In this document: in pieces, positions 51,701-64,000 of the stretch | How the letters are laid out: the number at the start of each line of letters is the position of its first letter | Position numbering within the stretch: position 1 is the stretch's first letter | DNA from: Lama glama | Taxonomy: Eukaryota | Direction of reading: 5' to 3' | Assembly: GCA_028534125.1 (NCBI GenBank) | Contig: CM052816.1 | Location: 15,068,001 to 15,132,000, forward strand | Length of the DNA stretch: 64,000 bases | Program-made: the position numbers and the translations under genes | Notes under the pieces: generated by a model | What the model was told of the DNA's origin: nothing | What the model saw: the letters and a program-made list of their open reading frames with translations, nothing else | Database searches by the model: none

Positions 51701-53445
51701 CCTATAGAGGAACAAAGACAAAAATTGCATCTGACTTCTCCTCAAGAACCACAAGATTGTTCTCAACTTGATGAAGAGCATCCATGACAAATGTACAGAT
51801 AACATTATACTTAGTTGTGAATAATTTAATGCTTTCAACCTCAGCTTGGGAATAAGGCAAAGAGGTCTCATCTCATTACTTATTTAGCATAGTGCAGGAA
51901 GTTCTACTGTGTGCAATAAAACAAGAAAAGGAAGTATGAGACATACAGATGAGAAAGAAAGAAATAAAACTGTTCTGATTTCCAGATAACACAATTTCAT
52001 ACAATAAAATCCCATGGAATTAAAAAAAATTCTTAGAAAACTGAGTTCAGCAATGTCACAGAAAACAAGATAAACAAACAAAAATGAATGTATCTCCATA
52101 TACTAACAATGAAAATATATGTATGAAAAATAAATTTAAAATACAATACCATTTGCACTAGCTCAAAAAAGATACTTTGGTGTAAATGTATTCCACATTC
52201 TGAAAACTACATAGCACTGATGAAAGAAGTGGAAGAATTTCTAAATAAATAGAGAGACATACTGTTTTCATGAACTGGATGATTCTACATAGTATGGGGA
52301 AATGTCAAGTTTCCCTGAATTAACATACAGATTTAACACAATTCCTCCCCAAATCCCAAGACTTTCTGTAGATCTAGACAAGATTATATGAAATGCCAAA
52401 GGAACTTGAACACCTCAAGCAATTTTTTAAAAAACAAGAAAAAAGTACAAGGAATCAGTGTATCCTATTTTAAGATTTATTATACAGCTTAAGAAATAAA
52501 GACTGTGTTACTGGTAGATAAACAGACAGGTAGATCAATGGAACAAAGTGGATAATCCAAAAATAGACCCATGCAAACATGCTGAACTGACTGAATTTTG
52601 ACAAAGGTGCAAAAGCAATTAAATGCAGGAAAGATGGCTTTTCCAACAAATAGTGTTAGAGCTATTGGACTATGTTAGGCAAAACAAAAACAAAAAACCT
52701 AAGTCTCACCTCATACTAAAATTAATTCAAAGTGGATCACAAACCTGAAAGTAAAACACAAAACTCTAAAACTTTTAGAAAAAATATAGGGAAAAATCTT
52801 CAGAATCAAAGGATAGGCAAAGAGTTCTTAGATTTGACACCAAAAGCACAATCTGTAAAAGAAATAATTGACAAATTGGACTTTATCAAAATTGAAGAAA
52901 TTTTATTCTGTGATATACCATATTCAGAGTATAAAAAGAAAAACTGCAAATTTTGGAGATATTGTTTAAAAGCATATAACTGGCAAAGATCTAAAAGTAT
53001 ACAGTAGACAATCAAAACTCAACAGTAAAAAATCAATCATGGGCAAAAGACATGAAGAAACATTTCACCAAAGAAGATATACATATGGCAAAGAAACACA
53101 TTAAAATATTTGCAACACCAAGAGCATTTGGGGAAATGCAAATTAAAACTATAATGAGATATCATTACACATCTACCAGAATGGCTAAAGTAAAAAAATC
53201 ATAACAAGAACGCAGAGAAATTAGATTACTTATACTTGGCTGATGAGAATGTAAAATACTACAGCCATTCTGGAAAACAGTTTGGCAGATACTTTTTGGG
53301 AAAAAAAAAAGACTTAAAATTGCACTTCTTGTCATTTATTCCAGAGAATTGAAAACTTATGTTTACAAAAAAACCTTTACACAAATGTTGACAGCAACAT
53401 TATTTATAATATCCAAAACACTGAAAACAATCAAGATGCTCTTCA

Positions 53446-54042
53446 ACTCTAATTTGAAAAGATACATGCACCTCAATGTTCATAGCAGCACTATTTACAA
53501 TAGTCAAGACATGGAAACAACCTAAATGTCTATCAACAGATGAATGGATAAAGAAGTTTGGTATATTTATACAATGGAATACTACACAGCCATAAAAAAG
53601 AATAAAATAATACCATTTGCAGCAACATGGATGGACCTGGAGATTGTCACACTAAGTGGAGTAAGCCAGAAAGAAAAAGAAAAATACCATATGATATCAC
53701 TTATATGCAGAATCTTTTAAAAAAAGACACAAATGAACTTATTTACAAAACAGACTCACAGACATAAAAAACAAACTTACAGTTACTGGGGGGAAGATGA
53801 TGGGAAGGGATGAATTGGAAGTTCAAGATCTGCAGGTACTAATTACTACGTATAAAATAGATAAATAAGAAGTTTCTACTGTACAGTGCAGGGAATTATA
53901 TTCAATATCTTGTAGTAACCTATAATGAAAAGGAACATGAAAAGGAATATATGTATGTACATGTATGATCGAAATATTATGCTGTACACCAGAAATTGAT
54001 GCAACACTGTAAATTGATTATACTTCAATTAAAAAATAAGTT
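53446..54042 (+). mobile_element. 5'-truncated L1 3' end nested in an older L1
   Basis: L1 3' terminal sequence. TSD aagatgctcttca at 53433-53445 and 54043-54055. Confidence 0.88.
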
Positions 54043-57000
54043 AAGATGCTCTTCAGTGGGAGAATGGTAAAGCAAACCATGGTACATCCATACAATGGTA
54101 CAGTATTCAGTAATGAATAGGTACAAATGATTGATACCTGCAACAACCTGGAAGATTTTCCAGAGAACTATGCCAAGGAAAGAAAAAAAAAATCCTAAAA
54201 GGTGACATACTGTATGATTCCATTTATATTTCATTCTTGACAATATTTTAGAAATAGATAACAGATTAGTAATTGCAGGAGTTAAGGAATAGTGGGTGTG
54301 GGTATAAAAGAGCAACCTGAGGGATCCTCCTGATGATGGAAGTGTTCTGTATCTTGACTGCATCAATGTCAATATCCTGAATGTGGTGTTGTACTTTAGT
54401 TTTGCAAGATGCTACCATTGGGGGAAATTGAGTAAAGGGTAGAGGGGATTATTATTTCCTATCACTGCGTGTGAATTTATAATTATCTCAAATAAAAAGT
54501 TTTAATTATAAAATCAAGAGTGATGTCAGCAAACTGGTAGTCTAGGAAGCTCCAAGTTCTCATTCCCCCACTGAAACATAAAAAAAAAAAAAACCCAGTA
54601 AGTAGCTGTCTGAATCAACCTTGTAAGAGCTCTGGGAAATGCTCAAAGGTTTACAGCAACTGAGTAAATACCAAATCAGGAAAACGCCATCTTCAAAACA
54701 TTGGGAAAGTTTTGCAGTGTTCTAACTCATCCTTGCCCCACCCTCTCCCTCCCATAGCATCAAACTTAGGCATGCACAGTTTGCAGCTCAGTTCCTAGCT
54801 GCATCCCTTGAACCAAAGGGAGCACAGCAGACTTCACTTGCAAGTTATTAGGTTTAACTGTCCTAACCTGTCTGGAGGATACCTAAAGGACTGAGAAGGG
54901 CAAATATCTGTTTTGTGTAACTCCAAGTGCAGATCGGAAAAGTGATGGGCACTGGTGATGAAAGCTACAAGGTAAACTACAAACTCACAGACACCTGGGG
55001 AAAGAGATTACGCATGGAGTCATACAATAGACTATTTAAGTCCTGAAAGAGAAGCTGGGGTGAGACCATTTTTTGGAAATTAAAATACTCAAAAGTAGTT
55101 ACATATATGGGGGAATTTAGAAATCCATGTGCATACCCAGGCAAGATTCATACTCAGAAAAGTCCTGAAACAAACTTAAGCTATTATCTTAAGCTGATCT
55201 CCAGGCAAAGAACAAGACCCACTAAGAGGTTAAGAAATGCATCAACATGGAGCCAATCTGCCAAGACTACGAGAGGTAGCTGGTCTATTTTTTTTTTTAA
55301 TTTCTGTTTGTTTGTTTCAGCTCCTAGCATTCAGGGAAATCTCTGTCAAAACATTAGCTGAACATAAGCTAAAGGAAAAGAGACTTCAGTAATCATTTTC
55401 AACAAGGAATGGTCTTTGAAGAAAAACTTTGGAAAATTTCAAAAAAGGTCTACTACAGCCTTCAGCACCTTTTTTAAATGACAAATTCTAGGGAAGGGGG
55501 GATAATCTGATTTACAGAATTCCCACATAATAGCTAAATGCCCAATTTAAAAAATTACAGGGCATACAAAGAAACAAGAAAAAAGGGATTATTCAAAAGA
55601 ACAAAATTAGTTGGCAAAAACCATCCTTGAGGAAGTCCAGATACTAGACTTAGTAGAAAAAGACTTCAAAATAACTGTCTTAAATATGCTGAAAGAGTTA
55701 AAGGGAAAGATGGACAATAAAGTAAAAGAAATCAGGTGAATGATACACTAACAAAATGATAATATCAACACAGGGATAGAAATTATGAAAGGGAACCAAA
55801 CAAATTCTGGAGCTGAAAAATACAATAACTGAAGAGAAAAATTCACCAGAGGGGTTCAACAGCAGATATGAGTAGGCAGAAGAAAGAATCAGTAAACTTA
55901 AGATAGGAGAGTGGAAATGTTTTGAGAAACAGAAAGAAAAAAGACTGAAGAGAAGTAAAGGGAGCTTAAGGGACTTATAGTATACCATTAAGAATAAGAA
56001 TATATGAATTTTGGGAGTCCAAAAATGAGAAGAGAAGAAGAAATGAGTAGAAAGATTATTTGAAAAAATGAGCCAAAAACGTCCCAAATTTGATGAAAGA
56101 TATGTATCTACAAGTACAAGAAATCCAAGGAATTCCAAGCAGGAAAAAATCTAAGGAAACCCACTCTAAGAGACATTATAACCAAACTGTCAAAAGATGA
56201 AGGGAGAATCTTGAAAGCAGAGGGGGGTGAAAAAAAAAAAGCTACTTGGCATGTACAAGTGATGCTCAATGAAACTATCAACTGACTTTTTATCAGAAAA
56301 CCTGGGAGCCAGAAGGCAGTAGAATGATATACTTACAACTTTGAAAGAAAAATTTGTCAACTAAGAATTCCACATCCAGCATTTTGAAGTGTCCTTCAAA
56401 ATGTGGGAGAAATTAGGGCATTCAAAGATAAACAAAAGCAAGGGAGTTCACTACCACTAGACCTGCCCTAAAGAAATGCTAAAGAGAGTCATTCAGGTTC
56501 AAATCAAAGGATGCTAGACAGTAACTTAAATTTGAATGAAGATATAAAGATCTCCAGCAAATGTAAATACATGGGCATATATAAAAGCTAATATTACTGT
56601 AATTTTGATTAGTAAGTCTGCTCTTTGTTTTCTACATAATGTAAAAGAAAAATCCATAAAAATAATTTAAATCTATGTTATTGGACACACAATGTATAAA
56701 ACTATAATCTGTGACATCAAAACATAAAGATGGGGAGATGGAGCTGCCTAATTGTAGAGCTCTTGTATGTGACTGAAGTTATCTTGGCATCAATTCAAAT
56801 AAGACTGTTGTAATTTTTGGATGTTATATGTAATCTCCATGGTAATCACAAAGATAATATATATAGAAAAACACAAAAGGAAATAAGAAGGGAATCAATA
56901 CATGTGACTACAAAAAAATCAACTAAACAGAAAAGGTGGTAATGGAGTAAATGAGAGACAAAAAAGCTATAAAACATTCATAAAACAAATAGAAACATGG

Positions 57001-58484
57001 CATAAATAAACACTTCCTTGTCAGTACACTATTATTCTGAAGTTAATTAATTAAATCCTTCATTCAAAATGCAAACATTGGTAGAATGAATTAAAAAACA
57101 TAATTCTATTCTATGCTATCTACAGGAGATATAATTCAGATTCAAAAACTGAATGAAGATTCAAATACAAGATTGAAAATAAAGGGTTGGAAGTTACACA
57201 CACACACACACACACACAGAGCAAACAGTAACCATACAAAAGTTAGAGCAACTATACCTATATCAGACAAAATAGACTTTAAAATAAAAATGATACTAGA
57301 GAAAGAGTGATACTTTATATTGATAAAAAGGGTCAGTCTATCTTTAAATTATAAGAATTATAAACATATATCCACCTGAAGACAGAGCCCCCAAACACAT
57401 GAAGCAAAGACTGAAAGTATTGATGGGAGAAATAAACAATTCTACAATAGAAGAGACCATTATCAGTATTATATAAAACAGCCATGCAGAAGATCAATAA
57501 GGAAACAGAAGACTTAAATAACAGTCTATACAAAGTAGATCTAACAGACTTCTACAGAGTACTCCATCAACAACAGCAAAATACACATCGTTTCAAGTGC
57601 ACATAGAACAGTCTCGAAGTTAGATTATAAAGCAAGCCTCAAAAAAGTTAAAAGGATATAACTCACTAAAGGATGTTCCCCTTTAATGGAAATTAGAAAT
57701 TAATAACAGAAATTTGGGAAATGCAAAAAACGTAAAAATTAAACAATATATTACTAAATAACCAATCGGTAAAGAAGCAACCTCACAAGAAATAAGAAAA
57801 TAGTTTGAGGTAAATAAAAATATACCACAACATACCAAAATGTAATGGGAAACAAATGCTTAGAGGGAAATTTATAGCTGTAAATTCAAAAAGAAGAATG
57901 GTCTTAAATTAACAAACTAAATTTCCACCTTAAGACCCTGACAGAAAAAAATAGCAAACTAAACCCAAATCAATCAGAAGGAAGTAAATAATAATGATTA
58001 GAGCAGATATTAATGAACTACAGTATAGTATCAATAAAACTAAACATTAGTTCTTGAAAAGATCAGAAGACTTTAGGTAGACTGACAGAAAGAAAAAGAG
58101 AGAAAGAAGAATCAAATTATTAAAGTTGGAAATGAGAGAAGGAATATTACTATGACCTTATAGAAATAAAAAGAATGATAAAGTTATACTATGAACAAGT
58201 GTGGACTAACAAATTAGATAATATTGATGAACTGGAAAAATTCATATAAAGACAGAAACTACCAAAATTGAATCTAGAAAAATATAAAAATCGAACAGAC
58301 CTATATAAAAAGTGAAGAGACTAGATTAGTAATTAAAAAAAAAAAAACTTCCCACAAGGAAAATCCCAGGACCAGATAGTCATTTTAAAAAGGTTCTTCA
58401 CCAAGTCTTCCAAAGAATAGAAAAAGATGAAACATTTCCCAGCTCATTCTATGATGCTACCGATACTAAAACCAGGCAAGACAT

Positions 58485-58509
58485 CACACACACACACACA
58501 CACACACAC
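58485..58509. repeat. (CA)n microsatellite
   Basis: Direct reading. Confidence 0.9.
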
Positions 58510-59399
58510 CCCTACAAATATCTCTTAGGAATAAAGACACAAGAATACCCAATAAAATACTAGCACAATGAACCCAGCAATATTTTAAAAGGATAAAGCA
58601 CTGTGACTAGTGGTGATTTATCCCAGTAATGCAAGGTTGTTTTATCAACTGAAAATCAATTAATCTAATACTCTACATCAATAAAAGACAAAAACCTCAT
58701 GATCATCTTGACAGACATTTTTGTCTTTTTATTTTGGGATATGGGAAGTCCAAACAATGGCACAAAAATCTAAACATGACTACATGTTGAGGTCTTTCCC
58801 AAGTGAGCATATTAATTTTAAGATGCATTAAGGTAGTTTTGTGAGTTAAGGGAAAGGAGAAGGAGTAAAAGTAAGGAATCAATGAGAATTGAACAAAGTC
58901 CTGGAAGTGGAAGAATGGTAAGGGAAGAGTAGGAGATAGGGAGGGGAGTATAATGGGATTTTGCAGATCTACAAATTAGGCATTTCTAACTTTCTCATAA
59001 TTTTAATTGCTTTATCTAAGAAATTATTTAATGAGGCAATTTTAAAGTGCAGTTATAAGGTGGAAGTCTCATATCAATTAAATAAAACACTCCATTGGGA
59101 AATAGAAATATTTCCCTTTTGTTCTAAGGTACCTCAAAATGTATAATCTAATCCATATCAAAAGTTCTCCAAAGTAACTACTCTAATTCCAAATTGTACC
59201 TGGTAAAATTTCACCAGTTAGATAGATATGAGCTTAAATTAGCAAATAAAGTTTCTACATTTTCCAATTTTTTTCTAGGATAGATATTCTGATATTCTAC
59301 AAACAGGAGTATAAAAAATGAAGGCTTTCTTAATTAAATTATATTATAAATTCTCCCAAGCAAAGATGTAAATGTTGCCTAAAGTTCTTTCAAACTTCC

Positions 59400-61190
59400 T
59401 TAAATTTGTTCTTACCAGAATTAATTATTTGATGAAAATTAAGATATCTAACATGAATAAAGGTCTTCCCACATACCCTACATTCATAGAGTTTATCACC
59501 TGTATTAATTCTCTGAAGTTGAGTAATTTGATAGCCACTATTTAAGGTTTCCCCATAAACTTTATAGTTACAGAATTTTCAACACTATGAATTCTCTTTT
59601 GCATAGTAGGGTGTCCCCCTTGACTAAAGACTTTTGCACATTCCCAATATTCATAATAATTCACACCAGTATAAATGCACCAACATGTATTAAGGTTTGA
59701 ATTATATCTAAAAGCCTTCACACATTCCTTTCATTCAAAGAGCTTTTCAACAGTATGAACATTTTTCAAGTAACCTGTTGATGCATACTAATGGTTTTCC
59801 CACTTTGATTACATTCATAGGATGTTGGGGGGTTCCAATATTAATAATCTGATATTGGGTAAGTTGTCTATACACAGTAAAGGCTTTATTGAATTTCTTA
59901 TAGTCATAAAGCTTCTCAGCAGTATGAGTTCTCTATCATATAGAATTGACTGAATTAAGTCTAATATCTTCCCATATTATATTAATCAGGTATCTCACCA
60001 GTATGAGTTCTCTGACACTGAGTGACTTGTCCACACCTTATAATGGCTTTCTCACATTTTTCACATTCATAAAAATTATCATCAGTATGAATTCTCTGCT
60101 TTGAAGGAAGAACTCAATTCAGTCTAAATACCTTCTTTATGTAAATTCTCACCTGTATGAGTTCTCTGATCTTGAGTAACTTGTTCACACATAAAGGCTT
60201 TGCTTTACTCCATTTATTCACAATAATTTATCAACAGTATGAATTCTCTGCCTTAAAGAAAGAATTCAATCAGGTCTAAAGACCTTCCCACATTCTTTAT
60301 ATTCCTATGATTTCTCACCTGTATGAATACTCTGATGTGGATAAATTGTCCACACACAATGAAGGCCTTATTGCATTTCTAATATTCATAAAACACCTCA
60401 CCAGTATGAATTCTCTAATACATAGTAAGGAATGAATTAAGTCTAAACATTCTACATTTCTTACATTCATCAGTTTCTGATGAATATAAATGATTGATGT
60501 TAAGTTACTTGTCTACACACAAAAAAGGCTTCCTCATATTACTAATAGTCATAAACTTTATCACCAGTATGAATTTTCTGGTTTGCAAAAAAGAACTCAA
60601 TTAGTTCTTTCTAAAGATCTTCCTACATTCCTTATATCCACAGAATTTTCCATCAGTATTAATTCTCTGGTTTTGAGTATATTATCCACATAAATAATGG
60701 CTTTCTCACATTCTTAACATTTTTAAAGTTTCTCACCAGTATGAATTCTCTATGGTGTGGTAAGGACCAAATTAAATCTAAACATCTTCTCAGATTTCTT
60801 ACATTCATTGTGTTTTTCATCAGTATGAGTTCTCTGATGTTGAGTAAATTGATATCCATTAGTGAAGGTTATTCTACAGTCTTTCTGATTACACCATTTC
60901 TAATTAGAGCATCTTTTCTCTCAAGTTTGAAAAGGGTTGGATTTATGTTATTGCTTAAACAGAGTTTCTGTCTATTATGAGTTATGTGTTAGAAAAGGAG
61001 AGAATGTGGTCATTTTCATAGATAATATTTAGGGTAAAATATTTCTTTTGAGGCTGACACCTCTCAAGCTTGCCCTCACACTTCCAATCATTTCTAAGAA
61101 TAGAGGCCTTAAGATCAAGTGTATTACTTCTTTAACTGATTCTTTAATTCCTGGATCACACATTTACTGTCTTCTTTCCATAATTCTGGG
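59400..61190 (-). pseudogene. Decayed C2H2 zinc-finger gene remnant (KRAB-ZNF-type last exon), about 18 degenerate fingers plus upstream spacer
   Basis: The reverse complement of the QRIHTGEKPY linker (tctcaccagtatgaattctctg-like) recurs at about 59503, 59586, 59670, 59754, 59839, 59923, 60002, 60086, 60156, 60238, 60322, 60405, 60568, 60657, 60740 and 60824, mostly 83-85 bp apart. The ORF track shows fragments such as HQRTHTDEKH/CKKSEKMF-like remnants. Many stops and frameshifts. Confidence 0.88.
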
Positions 61191-61453
61191 CACAAAGGCT
61201 ATTGTGGTGATAGAGAAAGCTCCAGAACTAGACTGGCATAAATCTAATGGAATTCTCAAAGAATATCATTTTTACTAGCAAGCTAGTTTTGTGTAGCTTA
61301 TTACTTAAACCCTTCCAATAATCTTGTAAGCATATAATTTCCCACTTGAATATCTTCCCAATTAAAAGTACCTGCAATTGTTTGATTCTGGCTGTGAACA
61401 CTGACTACATAAATAAACTAAAAGATAAAAACCAAATAATGCAGAAACACATT

Positions 61454-61905
61454 TGTATTAATTTCCTAGGGCTGCTGTAACAAATTATCACAAACCTGAT
61501 GACTTAAAACAACAGAAATATATTCTCTCACAGTTCTAGGGGCCAGATTATAATATCAAGATGTTAGCAATGCTTTACTCCCTCTAAACGCTCTTGGGGA
61601 GAATCCATTCCTTACCTCTTCCAGCTTCTGGCGTCTGTCAGCATTCCTTACGGCTGTATCACTTTGACCACTTCCTCCAGCTTCACATAGATCTGTCCTC
61701 TTCTCTGTGTTTTCTTCTGTCTCTTACAAGGACACTTGCTTTTGTATTTAGGGTTCACCTCAGTAACCCAGGATGTTCTTATCTTCAGATCATTAATGTA
61801 ATTACATCTGAAAAGACTATTTTTCAAAATAAAGTAATATATAGAGGATTCAGGTATTAAAGATATGGACATATTTTGGGGGGAGCCACCATGAAACCCA
61901 CTACA
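61454..61905 (-). mobile_element. MaLR solo LTR (MLT1C-like)
   Basis: TG...CA termini (tgtattaatttcctagggctgctgtaacaaattatcacaaac ... aaacccactaca) with 5-bp TSD acatt/gcatt. Confidence 0.82.
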
Positions 61906-63209
61906 GCATTCAATGAAGTTCAGTATATAATTCTGGTTAAAAATAACTCTTAGGAAAATTTCTTTACCTGGAAAAATTACATATTAAAAACCTACAGCAG
62001 AAATTACACTTGATATAGGAAGTTTTACATGCATTGTTTTAAAGAAAGAAAATGATAGAAAGAGGAAGAGATAAAACTATAATTTTTCACTATTGATGAA
62101 ATAACCTACCTAGAAAAAAGCAAAAGGCAAATTGTAACATCTGGTAAGAAATATCAGCAAGTCCTCAGTAACCAAGATCAACTTTAAAATATTACTAGTA
62201 TTTCATTACATCTGGCAGTATCCTTGTCCTGGAAAATCGAAATGAAAGGCACTCCACGCAGTCATACAATTATTTAGGATACTGTACATCCTATCAAGGA
62301 ACAGATGGCTTTCCATATGTTTTCCTTGGTCAACAGCCATCATCATTTTGACTTTGGAGAAATGACCTGGGTTTGCCCATGGTCTTGCAGATTGAATTCT
62401 GCAAACTATTTACATAAAAGAGGGAAGCTACTGCTGTCTGTAAAGATTACAATTATATTTACTTAATACAATCTAAAGAAAAAAACTTAAAGCTTTGGAT
62501 TTGCTTTTAAGACTTAAGTTATTAACCTTCTCCAGTTCAAGACAGCTTGAGAGCATTAGAGCTGAATTGGACCTGGAAGATGATATAGTTCAGTTCCTAC
62601 CTTATAAATGAAGAAACTCAATCACACACAAGCTGGGTGAGATGCGTAAGGTCTGTGCCTCGCTAGTGCAGAGGTTTGGAATCTAGTTTTTGTGGTAGTT
62701 TAGCTAATGTATAAATATTCTGCTTTTGGTTTATTCTGAATGAGTGCTTATTTTACTCACTCAATTTCACCCATTATTCATTTCTTCTTAAACTCCTTGT
62801 ATTTCTTTGGTGCCCACCTTGCTTTATTTTCTCCATGTTTTGTGCTTAGTAAAGTTAAGTCAAATGGAGTGACTCTAATATTAAAGTATTTCTCTACATT
62901 ATCAGTAAGCAAAAAACATTTTACTGTATCATTCACAATATCAAAAAATCTATAAAGTATTTAAGACTTAACTAAGAATATATAAGATCTCAATGAATAA
63001 AAATATAATACACTATTAAAGTACAGAGAAAATTATGAATAGAAAAAATCCTGTGCTTAGAAGACATTCATTAATATAAAATACAATCTCTCCAAATTAA
63101 TCCATGAATTAAAAATCATTGACATCAAAAAGTCCAGTTGGATTTTTAATGCAACTAGATAATCTTAATCTAAAATTTAAACCGAAGGATAAAGAATAAA
63201 TAACAAAAA

Positions 63210-63480
63210 AGGATTTAACTCATGTGATGATGGAGGCTAAGAACTCCCAGTATCTGCAGTCTGAAAGCCTGAGAACCAGGAGACATGCTGATGGTGTGAG
63301 TTCCAGTCTGAGTCCAAAAACATAAAATCAATGTTCCCACATCAAAAGCCATCAGGCAGAGTGTGATTTCTCTCTTGCTCAGCCTTTTGTTCTATTCGGG
63401 ATTTCAGTAGATGGGGAGAGACCCACCCATATTAAGGAAGGCAATCTGCTTCACTCAGTCTACCAATTCAAATGTAAACT
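63210..63480 (-). mobile_element. ERVL LTR fragment (MLT2-like)
   Basis: ctcatgtgatgatggaggctaagaactccc...gaaggcaatctgcttcactcagtctaccaattcaaatg resembles recalled MLT2. Confidence 0.7.
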
Positions 63481-64000
63481 AACTGTAAAAGTTAAATATT
63501 TGTAAATTTTGTATAACATTGTAAAAGTCATTGAACACTTTTCTCTCTCCCTCCCCCCACCATACCTCTTTATATATATCTATATGGCAATAGATAGATA
63601 GGTAAATAGATGTGAAGAGAGATACAATGTGGCAAGTGTTAACAATTAGTGAACCTAAGTGGAAAATAAATCAATGTTCATTGTCTTATTCTTACAAGGT
63701 TTCTGTAGATTTGAAAATATTCAGCAGTTGAAAAAATACTGAGTATCTGACAATCGTCCCCACTGCTACCACCCTGATCAAAGTAATCATAACCTTTCAT
63801 TGGGATTATTGAAATAGATTCTTATCACATCTTCCTTCTTTTAACCTTTCCTCTCTATATTATCAACATGGTATCCAGAGTGACTTTAGCTTTATCACTC
63901 CTGTCCTGAAAAGAGAAGTTTTAGCTTCCCATTTAACTCAGAGCACAAGGCAAAGCCTTACCTTAACAAAACCCAAAGTATCTGATTCTCCCATTACCAC

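Larger units (their letters stand above)
45700..58720 (+). mobile_element. About 13 kb block of head-to-tail old L1 copies upstream of PCDHA1 (segments about 45700-50170, 50180-54505, 54520-58720)
   Basis: Continuous degenerate 5'UTR/ORF1/EN/RT sequence (e.g. LFTDDMISYVENPK near 49205; IPISDKIDFK near 57250), with an L1 3' end at about 54500. Confidence 0.85.

Noticed and set aside
59400..60900. CRISPR-like or satellite array suggested by the regular 84-bp repeats
   Set aside because: The period and the HTGEKPY linker identify C2H2 zinc-finger coding repeats in a mammalian genome.
62230..62410. Possible KRAB exon for the ZNF relic
   Set aside because: Only a faint resemblance on the minus strand (aaacccaggtcatttct, gaccaaggaaaa); no convincing KRAB-A or KRAB-B motif.

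Overview
Mammalian genomic DNA, most likely a camelid (a Vic-1-type tRNA-derived SINE sits at about 34.9 kb). The window covers the 5' part of the clustered protocadherin-alpha (PCDHA) locus, transcribed on the minus strand. It contains the intact PCDHAC1 variable exon (ATG 21949, splice donor after 19517) in a CpG island. It also contains one apparent alternate-type variable exon (40792-43127) split by a 500-N gap. The 5' part of that exon reads as PCDHA1, the first gene of the cluster, while its 3' tail reads as PCDHA13-like, the last alternate gene. The intervening alpha2-alpha12 array is therefore absent here: most likely an assembly join, less likely a real deletion. Both promoters carry a co-oriented CSE/CTCF element with a CGCT box. 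The rest is mostly repeats: nested LINE-1 (largely antisense to PCDHA), a Tigger1 derivative, MaLR/ERVL LTRs, L2/MIR/Charlie relics and microsatellites. Two features not explained by the ORF track are a decayed C2H2 zinc-finger array at about 59.4-60.9 kb with an alternating two-finger repeat, and a 340-bp TSD-flanked mini-L1 that looks like a retrotransposed spliced L1 RNA. Paralogue and repeat-family names come from recalled sequences, not from database searches.
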